Shown here one piece after another: positions 36,467 through 45,599 of a stretch of 53,104 nt of DNA. This stretch comes from a virus (taxonomy: Duplodnaviria; Caudoviricetes). Below the pieces are notes generated by a model. That model ran no database searches and was not told the DNA's origin. It was given only the letters and a program-made list of their open reading frames with translations. The position numbers and the translations under genes were made by a program. The stretch's first letter is position 1. Every line of letters begins with the position of its first letter. The stretch spans positions 1 through 53,104 of the IMG/VR virus record IMGVR_UViG_3300031787_000166, one strand, 5' to 3'.

Positions 36467-38176
36467 TCACATGTAGAGGCGATCCTCGGTCAGGCCGGTC
36501 AGCTTCATGCCGTTCGGCTGGTCGGGGACGAGCTGCATGCGGATGCGGCCGGGCATCTGCGATGCCTGCGTGACGAGGTTGGCTCCGCCGCCAGACGCCG
36601 TCTGGAAGATCGGCAGCTGGTTCGTGCTGGTGCCGGTGATGGCGCCCGCGACGAACTCGAACGGGATGAACGCATCGGCCTCGCTCATCTTGGAGACGCC
36701 CTTCGGGCTCGGGGGCACGTACTTCTTCCAGTTCGATCCGCCGAGCTTGATGCCGTACAGGGTGCCCGCCTCGACGAAGCGCGAGGTGTGGCCCTTGTAG
36801 GTCTTGCCCTCGAACGTGAAGCTGAAGCCCTCGGTCTGGCCTTCGTTCTGGATCGCCGCCGGGCGGTTGGTGCGGTCGATGCGGTACTGGCCGATCTTCT
36901 GGGCCTCGTAGGCGCTCCACACGCCCTCGGACGCGATCAGGGTGTCGATCGTGTTGCCGAGCGGCTCGAAGGCGCTGTGGACGCGCTGGAGGTAGCGCTT
37001 CATGTTGTACTCGGTCAGGACGCCGTTGACCGCGTACTTGAAGCTCTTGAACTCCGGACGCTCCGCCACGTCGATGAAGTCGGTCGAATCCGACTCCGCT
37101 CCGAGCAGAGCCGTCGGACGGGTGCCACCCGTCTCGGCGCCGTTCTTGAGCCAGCTGTTGATGCCCGCGATGCCGGTGTAGGTGAGCGAACCTGCGCCGT
37201 CCACAAGGTGGCTGTTGGCGTAGACGACGTCCACGAATCCGTTCATCGTGCTCATCGTGGTCACGGTGCTCGTGGTGACGGAGCCAGCTGCGCCCGTGTG
37301 CTTCTGCCACGAGGTCGGGTTGACGCCGGTGCCCGGGGTCGCCGGCGCGCCGCCTGCGATGCAGGTGACCTTGTTGGTCAGCGGATCGACGCTCTCGACA
37401 AGAACCTGAAGACGGGTCGCGCGGGTGCCGTCGCCGAGGGCGAGGGTTCCCGACGTGGTGGCCGTCGACTGGTCGTTCGAGTCGTTCGCCCGGACGCCGG
37501 TCTGGTTGCCGGAGTCGTAGCTCGAGTTCCAGAGGAAGTCGATGCGCTGGCCGCGCGCGAAGCGGTGAATGGCGAAGTTCGATGGCTCGAACGTGAATCG
37601 GAAGGCGTTGCCCACCGCGGTCGAAGCCGAGAAGTTGGTCGCCGTGCAGAGCTTGTACGACTCGTTCTGCGAGAGGTACCAGTAGTTGCACAGCGTGAGC
37701 GCCATGTTGCGGGCGAATGCCGTGAGCTTCGGGGCCACGACCTGGTTGATGAGCGCCGGGGTGGCGTCGGCCTGCTTCTCGCCGAGGGTGATCATCAGGT
37801 TGGTGACCATCGAGCGCATCGGGATCGCGAGTCGGTACGCCGTGGCGTTCGGACCCTCGAGCGGGCTCGGGTAGGCCTGGTTGGCCGACTGAACGTGCAT
37901 CGACGGACCAAGGGCGTTCGTGAGATCGCCGTACAGGTCCTTGTCGCCGAAGCCCTGGCCCGCCTCGATCACGCCCGTGAGGCTGCCCATGAAGAGCTTC
38001 GTGATCTTGAGGTCGCGGCCGAGGTCGCCGGAGTTGCCGACGCCGAAGCTGGTGACGGCCTTGTCGCGCCACACCGGATCGAGACCTGCAAGGAAGACCT
38101 TGAGGCTCTTGTTGAGAACTTCCTGAATGCGATTGGACTGACGATCGAAGATCGAGCCCGTTGTTGCGAATGGCAT
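36467..38176 (-). CDS. Major capsid protein (569 aa)
   Basis: Follows portal and scaffold; strong codon bias; own terminator; C-terminal P..NG.KLTGL. Confidence 0.75.
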   Translation of the reverse strand: MPFATTGSIFDRQSNRIQEVLNKSLKVFLAGLDPVWRDKAVTSFGVGNSGDLGRDLKITKLFMGSLTGVIEAGQGFGDKDLYGDLTNALGPSMHVQSANQAYPSPLEGPNATAYRLAIPMRSMVTNLMITLGEKQADATPALINQVVAPKLTAFARNMALTLCNYWYLSQNESYKLCTATNFSASTAVGNAFRFTFEPSNFAIHRFARGQRIDFLWNSSYDSGNQTGVRANDSNDQSTATTSGTLALGDGTRATRLQVLVESVDPLTNKVTCIAGGAPATPGTGVNPTSWQKHTGAAGSVTTSTVTTMSTMNGFVDVVYANSHLVDGAGSLTYTGIAGINSWLKNGAETGGTRPTALLGAESDSTDFIDVAERPEFKSFKYAVNGVLTEYNMKRYLQRVHSAFEPLGNTIDTLIASEGVWSAYEAQKIGQYRIDRTNRPAAIQNEGQTEGFSFTFEGKTYKGHTSRFVEAGTLYGIKLGGSNWKKYVPPSPKGVSKMSEADAFIPFEFVAGAITGTSTNQLPIFQTASGGGANLVTQASQMPGRIRMQLVPDQPNGMKLTGLTEDRLYM

Positions 38177-38203
38177 GTTTCGTTCCTACGCCCTTTGGGC
38201 GCT

Positions 38204-39118
38204 TCAGATTGCGGATTCAGACGGTGACGATGCGGCTGCCCGCGCGATCGTGTCGGCCGCGAACTCCTTGACCTGCGCCTCGAGGGCGCTGAAGTCGGTT
38301 CCGGGCTTCCACTCGGGCTCGGGCACGGGCTTCGACTTGAGGATCTCCTGCGCGTCCAGTCCGTCTGCTGTTTCCGACGTCCGACCGAGACGGTCGAGAT
38401 CGCCGATTACCGAACGGAAGGTTCCCACGACAGGCTCCACGGCCTTGCCCACCTCCTCCTCCATCCACGCATCCTCGAAGGTGCCGGCCTGGCTCCGTCG
38501 GCTCTGCATGCGCTCGAGCGCCTGGCGCTCCAGCTGCCCACGCAGCGTCGTCTCGGCCTGCCGGACCCCCTCGTCTCCGCGGAGGGACTTGGCGGCTTCC
38601 AGAAGTCTCTGCACTTCCGGGTTCTTTTTCATCGTGTTCTCGAGCGCGCGATTCAGATTGTCGCGCAGTTCGCGCACACGCATGCGGTGAAGTTCGGCCC
38701 GCTGGGCCTCGAGCTGTTCCTGAAGTTGCTGGGTCATGTCGTCCTCTTGGGTTCCCCCACTGGGCTGTTCGTCTTCGAGTCCCGGCAGTTCGATCTCCTC
38801 GATCTCGTCCTCGGAGCCGGTGCCTCCGGGCGAATCGTCCTCGTACACGGGTGGTTTCTCGGCCCCTGCGCTGGTCGCCTGGATGTAGGCTTCGATCTGC
38901 GCGTCGTCGTAGCCCTGCGTCCGAAGAGTCCGGCGCACGGCCTCGCGTCGCGCCTCGGGCTCGATGTCGCTGCGGAACAGAAGCCCGACGTTGTCGAGCT
39001 CTTCGCGCAGCTCCTCGGCGTAGGCCTTCTGATCGTCGAGCTCCTTGCGCGCCGCAAGAAGTTCTCCGAGCGTGGTGGTCGTTCCGTCTTCGAGCGTGAT
39101 CTTTGTGTTTGGGTCCAT
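38204..39118 (-). CDS. Capsid scaffolding protein
   Basis: Acidic coiled coil; DGTTTTLGEL; between portal and capsid. Confidence 0.7.
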   Translation of the reverse strand: MDPNTKITLEDGTTTTLGELLAARKELDDQKAYAEELREELDNVGLLFRSDIEPEARREAVRRTLRTQGYDDAQIEAYIQATSAGAEKPPVYEDDSPGGTGSEDEIEEIELPGLEDEQPSGGTQEDDMTQQLQEQLEAQRAELHRMRVRELRDNLNRALENTMKKNPEVQRLLEAAKSLRGDEGVRQAETTLRGQLERQALERMQSRRSQAGTFEDAWMEEEVGKAVEPVVGTFRSVIGDLDRLGRTSETADGLDAQEILKSKPVPEPEWKPGTDFSALEAQVKEFAADTIARAAASSPSESAI

Positions 39119-39127
39119 CTTGGTCTC

Positions 39128-41137
39128 TTACATGAGGGGCATGGCGGGTTGAGGGGCAGGTGCCCCGCCCTGCATGGACCCCATCTGGGCCATCTGCTGG
39201 TCCAGTTTCGACAGCATAGCCATATCGTCAGGATTGGGAAGGGCGTTCGGAAGTACCAATCCCATGAAGCCCACCAGCGTCTTGTGGTACTCGATGAAGG
39301 CGTTCTGCACGGATGCCTCCGCGAGCGCCATGATCGGGCTGGCCATGAACGAGTTGAGGACGCGGATCTGGAACTCGGGCTTGACGGTCTGCGGAGTCAG
39401 GATCAGCTGACCCGGGCTCTTGCCGTCGCCGTAGAGGAGGAGGCAGTTGCGCACCACGGACTCGTAGGCGCTCTGATGCTCGTCCGACCACATCGCGAAG
39501 TCGAGACCCTCCTTCAAGGCGAAGAGCATGAAGGTATCGGGGTCGATCTGGAACTGCTGCTGGAGCTGGAGCGCCTCCTGCTTGCGCGCGACCTTGGACC
39601 GCGGGTTGATGTCCCTGATCTTGAAGGAGAGCTGAGACAGGGACGGCAGCGGGTTCGTCTCGAACGAGACCGCCATCGTCTCGGGATCCACCACGACGCC
39701 CGCAAGGTCGAGCGTCAGCTGGTCCACCGTGAAGGTGCGAGGGCTGAAGACGACCTCGCGCACGGCGCCCGAAAGCACCGACCGGTAGGCGTCGCCCCAC
39801 GCCTGCTGCACCCCTGCAGTGGGGGTGTTCATCGCGCGGTTCACCTGCTCGTCGAGGAACTGCAGGCCTGTGGCCGAATCAACCCGCCCCTTCTCAGCAA
39901 GGAGATCGCGGATCGGATTGAGACGGTCGATCTGCTGTACGGCGAACGAACTGACTTTGCCGGGGACGTCGCCGCTCGTGAACGGCGTGATGTTGAACGG
40001 CCTGAAGCCTTCGCTGATCGGATCGGGCTCCCACGGGAAGACGCGCAGTCCTTGGCCAACGTCTCGCAGCATTGTGTTCGAGTTGAAGGAGCCGTGCGGC
40101 AGCACGAGGACGCCGTACTTGTCGATGTCGCGGATGTTCTGGAACAGGGACTTCTGCAGGCGCTCGGCCTCGCGGCACAGCGAGAAGAGAAGGTCGAACA
40201 CGCCGGCGCCGTGGAAGGAGCCGTTCTCCATGAAACGCGCGAAGCCGATCGGGCAGTAGACCTCGCGCCCATCGAACGACTCGTCGTGCAGGGTGCATTC
40301 GCCGCTCGTCACGATGTAGCGTTCGACCGTGTCGCGCGGGCCCTTCAGCCAAAGCTCGCGCACCCTCACGACCTGCTGCGCCTCCTTGTCCGAGTCGTAG
40401 AGCGCCATGCGATCGTCCGAGTAGGTGACCTGGGAACCGAGCGTGTACTCGTTCGCGGTCTGCTGCTCGTAGGACTCGCCCGGCTTGATCGTGTAGTACT
40501 CGATGCGGTCCTTGTTGCGCGTCACCTTCGAGCCGAACTTCTCCTTGAGGTACTCCATGGAGACCATGCGCTGGCGCAGGAGGCCGCGCTGCTTGGTGTA
40601 GTCGTGCACGAGGCTCGGAAACGGGAACAGCTCCATCGGGTGCACGACCTCGAGGTCCGCGGTGAGGCCGACCGTCGGGTGATTCACCATGTGCCCGGTG
40701 ATCCCGCAGGAGCCGAGGAGGGTGAAGAGGTGGTTGAACTGCGGCACCACGCGCTGGAGCTGGTGCTCCGAGACCACCTGATCCAGCATGATCTGTGCGA
40801 TCGATCGCTGCCGGATCGAGCTCAGCGAGGAGCCGACTCGCTGCACGAGCGGCCTGAAGTCAAGGCTGCTCAGGCGCCCCGAGATCTGGTCTACCGCCTT
40901 CAGCAGCTCCGCCGACTGGAACTCCAGGCGATCCTGCTCGTCCAGGTACGAGTACCGCACCGTCCCACTCTCCGGGTCGAACACGTCGAACTGCCTCGCC
41001 CCCTGCAGGTAGTACAGGGCCACCAGCCATGTCGCCCGCCGGTACGACAGCCGGTTCGTCTCCCGCTCCACGTGGGCGTCGATGATCCGGGCCAGCGCCA
41101 TCGGGTCCTTCGTGAGCTTGATCGGATCGGTTGCCAT
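39128..41137 (-). CDS. Portal protein
   Basis: 669 aa after terminase; EVVHPMELFP; GRVDSATGL.FL.EQ; Q/M/P-rich tail. Confidence 0.8.
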   Translation of the reverse strand: MATDPIKLTKDPMALARIIDAHVERETNRLSYRRATWLVALYYLQGARQFDVFDPESGTVRYSYLDEQDRLEFQSAELLKAVDQISGRLSSLDFRPLVQRVGSSLSSIRQRSIAQIMLDQVVSEHQLQRVVPQFNHLFTLLGSCGITGHMVNHPTVGLTADLEVVHPMELFPFPSLVHDYTKQRGLLRQRMVSMEYLKEKFGSKVTRNKDRIEYYTIKPGESYEQQTANEYTLGSQVTYSDDRMALYDSDKEAQQVVRVRELWLKGPRDTVERYIVTSGECTLHDESFDGREVYCPIGFARFMENGSFHGAGVFDLLFSLCREAERLQKSLFQNIRDIDKYGVLVLPHGSFNSNTMLRDVGQGLRVFPWEPDPISEGFRPFNITPFTSGDVPGKVSSFAVQQIDRLNPIRDLLAEKGRVDSATGLQFLDEQVNRAMNTPTAGVQQAWGDAYRSVLSGAVREVVFSPRTFTVDQLTLDLAGVVVDPETMAVSFETNPLPSLSQLSFKIRDINPRSKVARKQEALQLQQQFQIDPDTFMLFALKEGLDFAMWSDEHQSAYESVVRNCLLLYGDGKSPGQLILTPQTVKPEFQIRVLNSFMASPIMALAEASVQNAFIEYHKTLVGFMGLVLPNALPNPDDMAMLSKLDQQMAQMGSMQGGAPAPQPAMPLM

Positions 41138-41480
41138 TGGTTGCCTTTCTTGCCGCGTACCCTCCCGGGATCATGCGGATTCGTTCCTTCGTCGGAGCAT
41201 ACTGCTTGACCGCTTCCTGCGCGGGCAGGGCTCCCTCGTGGAAACCCCCACTGGAGCCGACGGACGCATGCCGCGGCCCGTTGCCGTAGTAGGCCAGGCA
41301 GAGGATCCCTAGCCAAGCATCAGAGACGGTAACGGTCGCGCCCACCGCGCCGCCCAGTGGGGGTTCCTTGACGTCGGTTCCGCCAAAGTACCAGCGGGCC
41401 ATGGCCTCGAACAGCCCGATCGGGATGCGGGTTTCAGATCTTGGAGCCGGGGGATCGCTGGACGGTCGGGGTTCGTGCAT
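40860..41480 (-). CDS. Hypothetical protein between TerL and portal, reading 278 nt into the portal gene
   Basis: Globular-looking N-terminal half (two ..YF/YG. repeats); low-complexity overlapping tail. Confidence 0.55.
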   Translation of the reverse strand: MHEPRPSSDPPAPRSETRIPIGLFEAMARWYFGGTDVKEPPLGGAVGATVTVSDAWLGILCLAYYGNGPRHASVGSSGGFHEGALPAQEAVKQYAPTKERIRMIPGGYAARKATNGNRSDQAHEGPDGAGPDHRRPRGAGDEPAVVPAGDMAGGPVLPAGGEAVRRVRPGEWDGAVLVPGRAGSPGVPVGGAAEGGRPDLGAPEQP

Positions 41481-43398
41481 CGAGAATCTCGTTGATCTGT
41501 TCGGCGGTCAGCTGGTTGAGGTCGAGTCCTTCGCCGATGTGGACCCCGTTTTCGTAGAAGTTGCCGTCCCGCAGGCGCTCGAACAGGGTCTTGTCGGATG
41601 GCGCGCCGGGCGTCTTGGATAGGCGGCCGCGCAGGACGAACTGGGACATGGCGACTGCATCGATGCAGTCGTCCTTCTCGAGTCCCCCGTCGGGCGCCTC
41701 GGGGTTGAAGGACTCGATCTGGTCGAAGAGGTGGCGCCACGGGAGCATCTCGCGCCGCCACAGGGGCAGCTTGATCTTGCCGTGCTCGAAACGGAAGCCA
41801 AGGGCGGCGATCTTGTCCGTCTTCTCGGCCATGCCTGGGTTCAGCTTGACGATCTTGGGCAGGTGCTCGGTGCCCGCCATGTCGCGCGCGCGCGTGGACA
41901 CGATCGAGTTCAGGGAGTTGTAGAGGGAGACGCCCTCGCGGATCGACTCGGGGTGGACCGTGGGGCAGCGCCATCGGTCGGCCATCTCAAAGACCGCTTT
42001 CACCTGGACGGTCTCCTTGGTCTGCTGGGCCCAGAGGTCAAGGACGAAGAGGTCGTTCTGGGGAGTCACCGCCATGAGGCAGGCCACTTTGAAGTCAGAG
42101 TCGGTGGTGGCCGTGTGCGAGGTGTCCGCCGTCATAAAGAGGCGGGCGTACTTCGTAAGGAAGTCAGGCAGCGGCATCTTGATCCGGTGCGTCTCGCCTT
42201 CACGCAGCTCGTTCCAGCAGATGTTGGCCTTGGTCTGGAGCGGCTGGTCGATTTTGTCGTCGATTTCCTCGAGCGTCCAGCCGTGGCGGTGCTCGTCAAG
42301 GGTGCCGAAGAAGGCGCCGTGGCCGTCGCCCGGGGAGGCCATGTATTCGGAGGCGAAGTTTGATTCGCCGATCGTCTCGCGGATCTCCTCGAGCGACATG
42401 GACTCGGCGAACCGCGAGTTGTCCACGGCGAGGAGCAGGCGGTCGCTCTTGGTGGCGGGCCACATGTCCGGCCAGCAGGACACGATGCGTCCATTCTCCT
42501 CGAGCGCGGCGGGGATCACCAGGCGCGCCCAGCGGTTGAAGCGCGGGTCCTTCGCGCGCAGGCCCTCGGGGGTCTCCTCGAGCTGCATGGCATGCCACAG
42601 GTAGTGGCGCTTCGACACGAAGGTGCCGACCCAGTCGACGCCGGTGTCCGGGCGCGTGACCATCGGGATCACGATCTTGAAGAGGAGCTCGTCCATGTAG
42701 GAGCGGAGCACCGACATCGCCGTGGTGGCCTTGGGATCGTACTCGGGGTCGTCGAGCCGGTATCGGCGCGGACGTCCGCCGCGCTGCTTCGACGACGCGC
42801 TCAGGAACCGGATCCACGAGCTGTTGGCGAGGACCATGTGCTCCGTGCTGAAGGAGCCCTCGCCGCGCCGCGGCACGATGCGGTCGCCGTCGAACTCGGA
42901 CGAGAAGTCGTCGATGATGCGGGAGTTGTGGATGAACTGCCGCTTGAGCCGCTCGCCGACCTCGCGCGTGTTCGGGTGGCTCGACGTGGCGTAGACGAAG
43001 GAGTAGGCCGGCCGCGTCAGCAGGCGGAGCAGCATGTCCTTGCAGTTGAGGTAGCTCTTGGCCGAGCCGCGCGGCGCAACGCTCGCCGTGAGGCGATACG
43101 CGGCCCACTGGCGCGCGAGCACCCAGTGAAAGTCGGGCGTCTCAAGCGGAGTGTCGTCGTAGAACAGCGGATTGAAGTCCGCGTCCTGATCCGGCATCAG
43201 GTAGTAGCGATCGAAGAACCAGAGGGACGAGACAAGGTTGTCGCCGCGCTCCTCGGGATCTTTCGTGGGCAGCGACCAGAGGCAGCAGGCGTTGACGCGG
43301 GCCTGGCGCTGGCCGTCGGCGGTCAGCGTGTCGTAGTCGGCCGGCAGCGGGTGCAGGTCGTTTCCTTCGGCGCGGGTAGCGATGCGCTTCGGGTCCAT
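41434..43398 (-). CDS. terL: Terminase large subunit
   Basis: APRGSAKS Walker A; GGRP....LDDPE Walker B; MTADTS...DF and KDDCIDA nuclease motifs. Confidence 0.92.
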   Translation of the reverse strand: MDPKRIATRAEGNDLHPLPADYDTLTADGQRQARVNACCLWSLPTKDPEERGDNLVSSLWFFDRYYLMPDQDADFNPLFYDDTPLETPDFHWVLARQWAAYRLTASVAPRGSAKSYLNCKDMLLRLLTRPAYSFVYATSSHPNTREVGERLKRQFIHNSRIIDDFSSEFDGDRIVPRRGEGSFSTEHMVLANSSWIRFLSASSKQRGGRPRRYRLDDPEYDPKATTAMSVLRSYMDELLFKIVIPMVTRPDTGVDWVGTFVSKRHYLWHAMQLEETPEGLRAKDPRFNRWARLVIPAALEENGRIVSCWPDMWPATKSDRLLLAVDNSRFAESMSLEEIRETIGESNFASEYMASPGDGHGAFFGTLDEHRHGWTLEEIDDKIDQPLQTKANICWNELREGETHRIKMPLPDFLTKYARLFMTADTSHTATTDSDFKVACLMAVTPQNDLFVLDLWAQQTKETVQVKAVFEMADRWRCPTVHPESIREGVSLYNSLNSIVSTRARDMAGTEHLPKIVKLNPGMAEKTDKIAALGFRFEHGKIKLPLWRREMLPWRHLFDQIESFNPEAPDGGLEKDDCIDAVAMSQFVLRGRLSKTPGAPSDKTLFERLRDGNFYENGVHIGEGLDLNQLTAEQINEILDARTPTVQRSPGSKI

Positions 43399-43821
43399 CA
43401 ACCCCCACTGGTCACGAGGAGGTGGGCGGCGGCCAGAATGCAGAGGCCGGCCATCATCTCGGCGGGGTTCTCGGTGGCGGGGCTCATGCGGTGCAGCCTC
43501 GAGGCGATGCGCACCCACTTCGGCTTGAAGCGGTTCTCGTGCACGAGTTCGGCGCGGATCGCGGCCCCGAAGGAAGAGGCGCCTCCGACGGCGCGGTCGA
43601 GGTCGATCACGCCCAGGTCCTCGTAGACGTAGGCGCCCCAGGACGCGAAGTCCTCATTCCGCAGCTCGGGGAGGCGGGCCTCCAGCAGATCCAGCGAGCC
43701 CGGTCGGGGGAAGGACTCGGCTTGCGAGGCTTCCGGTGCCGAGAGACTTGAGCCCTCGGACCTGGGAGAGGAGTCTTGATTCGGAACGGGTCTGTTCGAG
43801 AATGTTGCCTTGTTCGTCATG
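43398..43821 (-). CDS. Hypothetical protein (start uncertain; overlaps upstream gene)
   Basis: TGATG coupling to terL; coding-like 3' half. Confidence 0.55.
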
Positions 43822-44088
43822 GCTGACCATCTTAGCAGAACCGGTGACGATGAGTCCATTCACATCGGCGACTTCCCGTACACGCCTGTTCAACCTTTGA
43901 AGGGCGGAAAGCCTCGTGTTGTCGTCGAGCGAGTTGCGCGCGATGTCGATGTACATCCTGACCTCCTCCTCGATGTCGAAGTTGGAGGCCTTTATGGCGT
44001 TGGCCACGCCGTCCACGGAGAACATGGCTCGGATCACGTCCTCGCCGTTCTCGATCTCGGGTTCCTGCGGCGGGTCCTTGCGGCTCAA
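43654..44088 (-). CDS. Candidate terminase small subunit
   Basis: GGGAGG SD with TTG start; helical ..DIAR...DDNTRLSALQRL; upstream of terL. Confidence 0.5.
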   Translation of the reverse strand: MSRKDPPQEPEIENGEDVIRAMFSVDGVANAIKASNFDIEEEVRMYIDIARNSLDDNTRLSALQRLNRRVREVADVNGLIVTGSAKMVSHDEQGNILEQTRSESRLLSQVRGLKSLGTGSLASRVLPPTGLAGSAGGPPPRAAE

Positions 44089-45593
44089 GCGGCCTCCCTC
44101 TGGTCGCGCGCCATCGTCAGGCCCATGATCAGCATCCCTGCGATCGCGGCCACCATCACGGGGTTGCGGACGCGCAGCCCGAGCTCGGAGGCGGTATCGC
44201 GCACCTTCTTCGTGAGCATGTTCGTGTTGAACCCGCCGCCGCGCTGGCCTCGCACCTCGCGCGTGGCGGCTGGAGGCGTCCGCGGGGGCTTCGCAGGGAC
44301 CTGCGCCACCTCCTCGCCCAGCTTCAGGAAGTCGTCTTCGGCGAGCTCGGCCCGGGCCTTCTGCATCATGTGCATGGCGCGGCTCTTGTCCGTCCACGGG
44401 CGTCCTCGGTCGCGGGCGATTTCCGACATCTCGTTGCGCATTTCGATCATCTTGTCGGATCCGAAGCGCTTCTCGAGGGCCTGCTCGGTGCGGTCAAGCA
44501 GATCTTCGTCCGAAAGCGCCGCCACGGCCTTGCGCACCGTGGGGTTGCTCTCGAAGAGCTCGAGCTCGCGTATGTTCTTCGCCATGGCCGCGGCCTGAGC
44601 CTCGGTCAGGGGCATGACGGGGAGGTTGGGCATGCCTGGTTGGCGTGCCGCGTCGCGTCCCGTCCGGAATCCCGCGCTCGGTCCCAGCATGTTCTGGAAG
44701 ACGTAGGTGGCGATCGCGCGCTGGGCGATCGGCATCTTGCGTCCTTCCACGGCCGCAAGGATCATGTTGCCCGCCATCAGGTCGAGAGCTGCCGCGGGAA
44801 CTCCCCGTGCGCCCTTCTTCGTCCCGTCGTAGATGCGGCCACCCGGGCTGCGGCGGTGCAGGCCCACCGCCGACAGGTCGGAGCTGCCGGGAATCGTGGC
44901 CACCGAGTTCAGCATGACGGCGGCGCGGACGGCTCGGTTGATCGTGACGGGATCGGCCGCGCGCGGAGAGAGGCCTCCGACCATGAGCTCGTAGCGCAGG
45001 CTGTCGCGCACGGGCTTCAGCTCTTCGACGACCCCCCGCAGTTCGTCCACGGTGTAGCCGTACTTGCCGGTCGAGACGCCTGCGATCCTCTTGCGCACGG
45101 CATCGTAGAGCTGCTTGGTGGCCTCCGGGTCGTCGGCGATCACGGGGCGAAGGAACGAACTGTTGTAGTCGAGGGACGGATCGAATCCGCCAAGAACGAA
45201 AGGGAAAGGACCCTTCTTCGAGACGGTGCGCTCGTATCCGAAGTGCGGCTTGATCGGTTCAGAGGTCAGGAGAGAGATCGTCTCGTCCACGAGCTCGGGA
45301 TGGTTGAGCGCGTTGAGGCTGCCTTTCTGCTGCATCTGCCCGCGCAGCGGATGAAACATTTGCGAGATGTTTCCTTCGGGCCGGGTCTTGGGCGAGCGAA
45401 GCAGGGCTTGAACCGCTTTGCCTTCAAGCACTTCCTTGCGCGAAATGACGGCCTGCTCGAGGTCGCCGCTGCGCGGAAGCAGAACCTCGGGATTGAGCCG
45501 CAGGTCGGAGACACCGGCGCCGCGCAGGATCTCGTCGGCCAGGCGGGAGAGACCGGTCTTCGAGATCGTGAGATGGCTCGGCGCGATCGACAT
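44085..45593 (-). CDS. Hypothetical protein (502 aa, C-terminal hydrophobic segment)
   Basis: Long ORF; VMVAAIAGMLIMGL. Confidence 0.75.
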   Translation of the reverse strand: MSIAPSHLTISKTGLSRLADEILRGAGVSDLRLNPEVLLPRSGDLEQAVISRKEVLEGKAVQALLRSPKTRPEGNISQMFHPLRGQMQQKGSLNALNHPELVDETISLLTSEPIKPHFGYERTVSKKGPFPFVLGGFDPSLDYNSSFLRPVIADDPEATKQLYDAVRKRIAGVSTGKYGYTVDELRGVVEELKPVRDSLRYELMVGGLSPRAADPVTINRAVRAAVMLNSVATIPGSSDLSAVGLHRRSPGGRIYDGTKKGARGVPAAALDLMAGNMILAAVEGRKMPIAQRAIATYVFQNMLGPSAGFRTGRDAARQPGMPNLPVMPLTEAQAAAMAKNIRELELFESNPTVRKAVAALSDEDLLDRTEQALEKRFGSDKMIEMRNEMSEIARDRGRPWTDKSRAMHMMQKARAELAEDDFLKLGEEVAQVPAKPPRTPPAATREVRGQRGGGFNTNMLTKKVRDTASELGLRVRNPVMVAAIAGMLIMGLTMARDQREAA

Positions 45594-45599
45594 GGGTAA

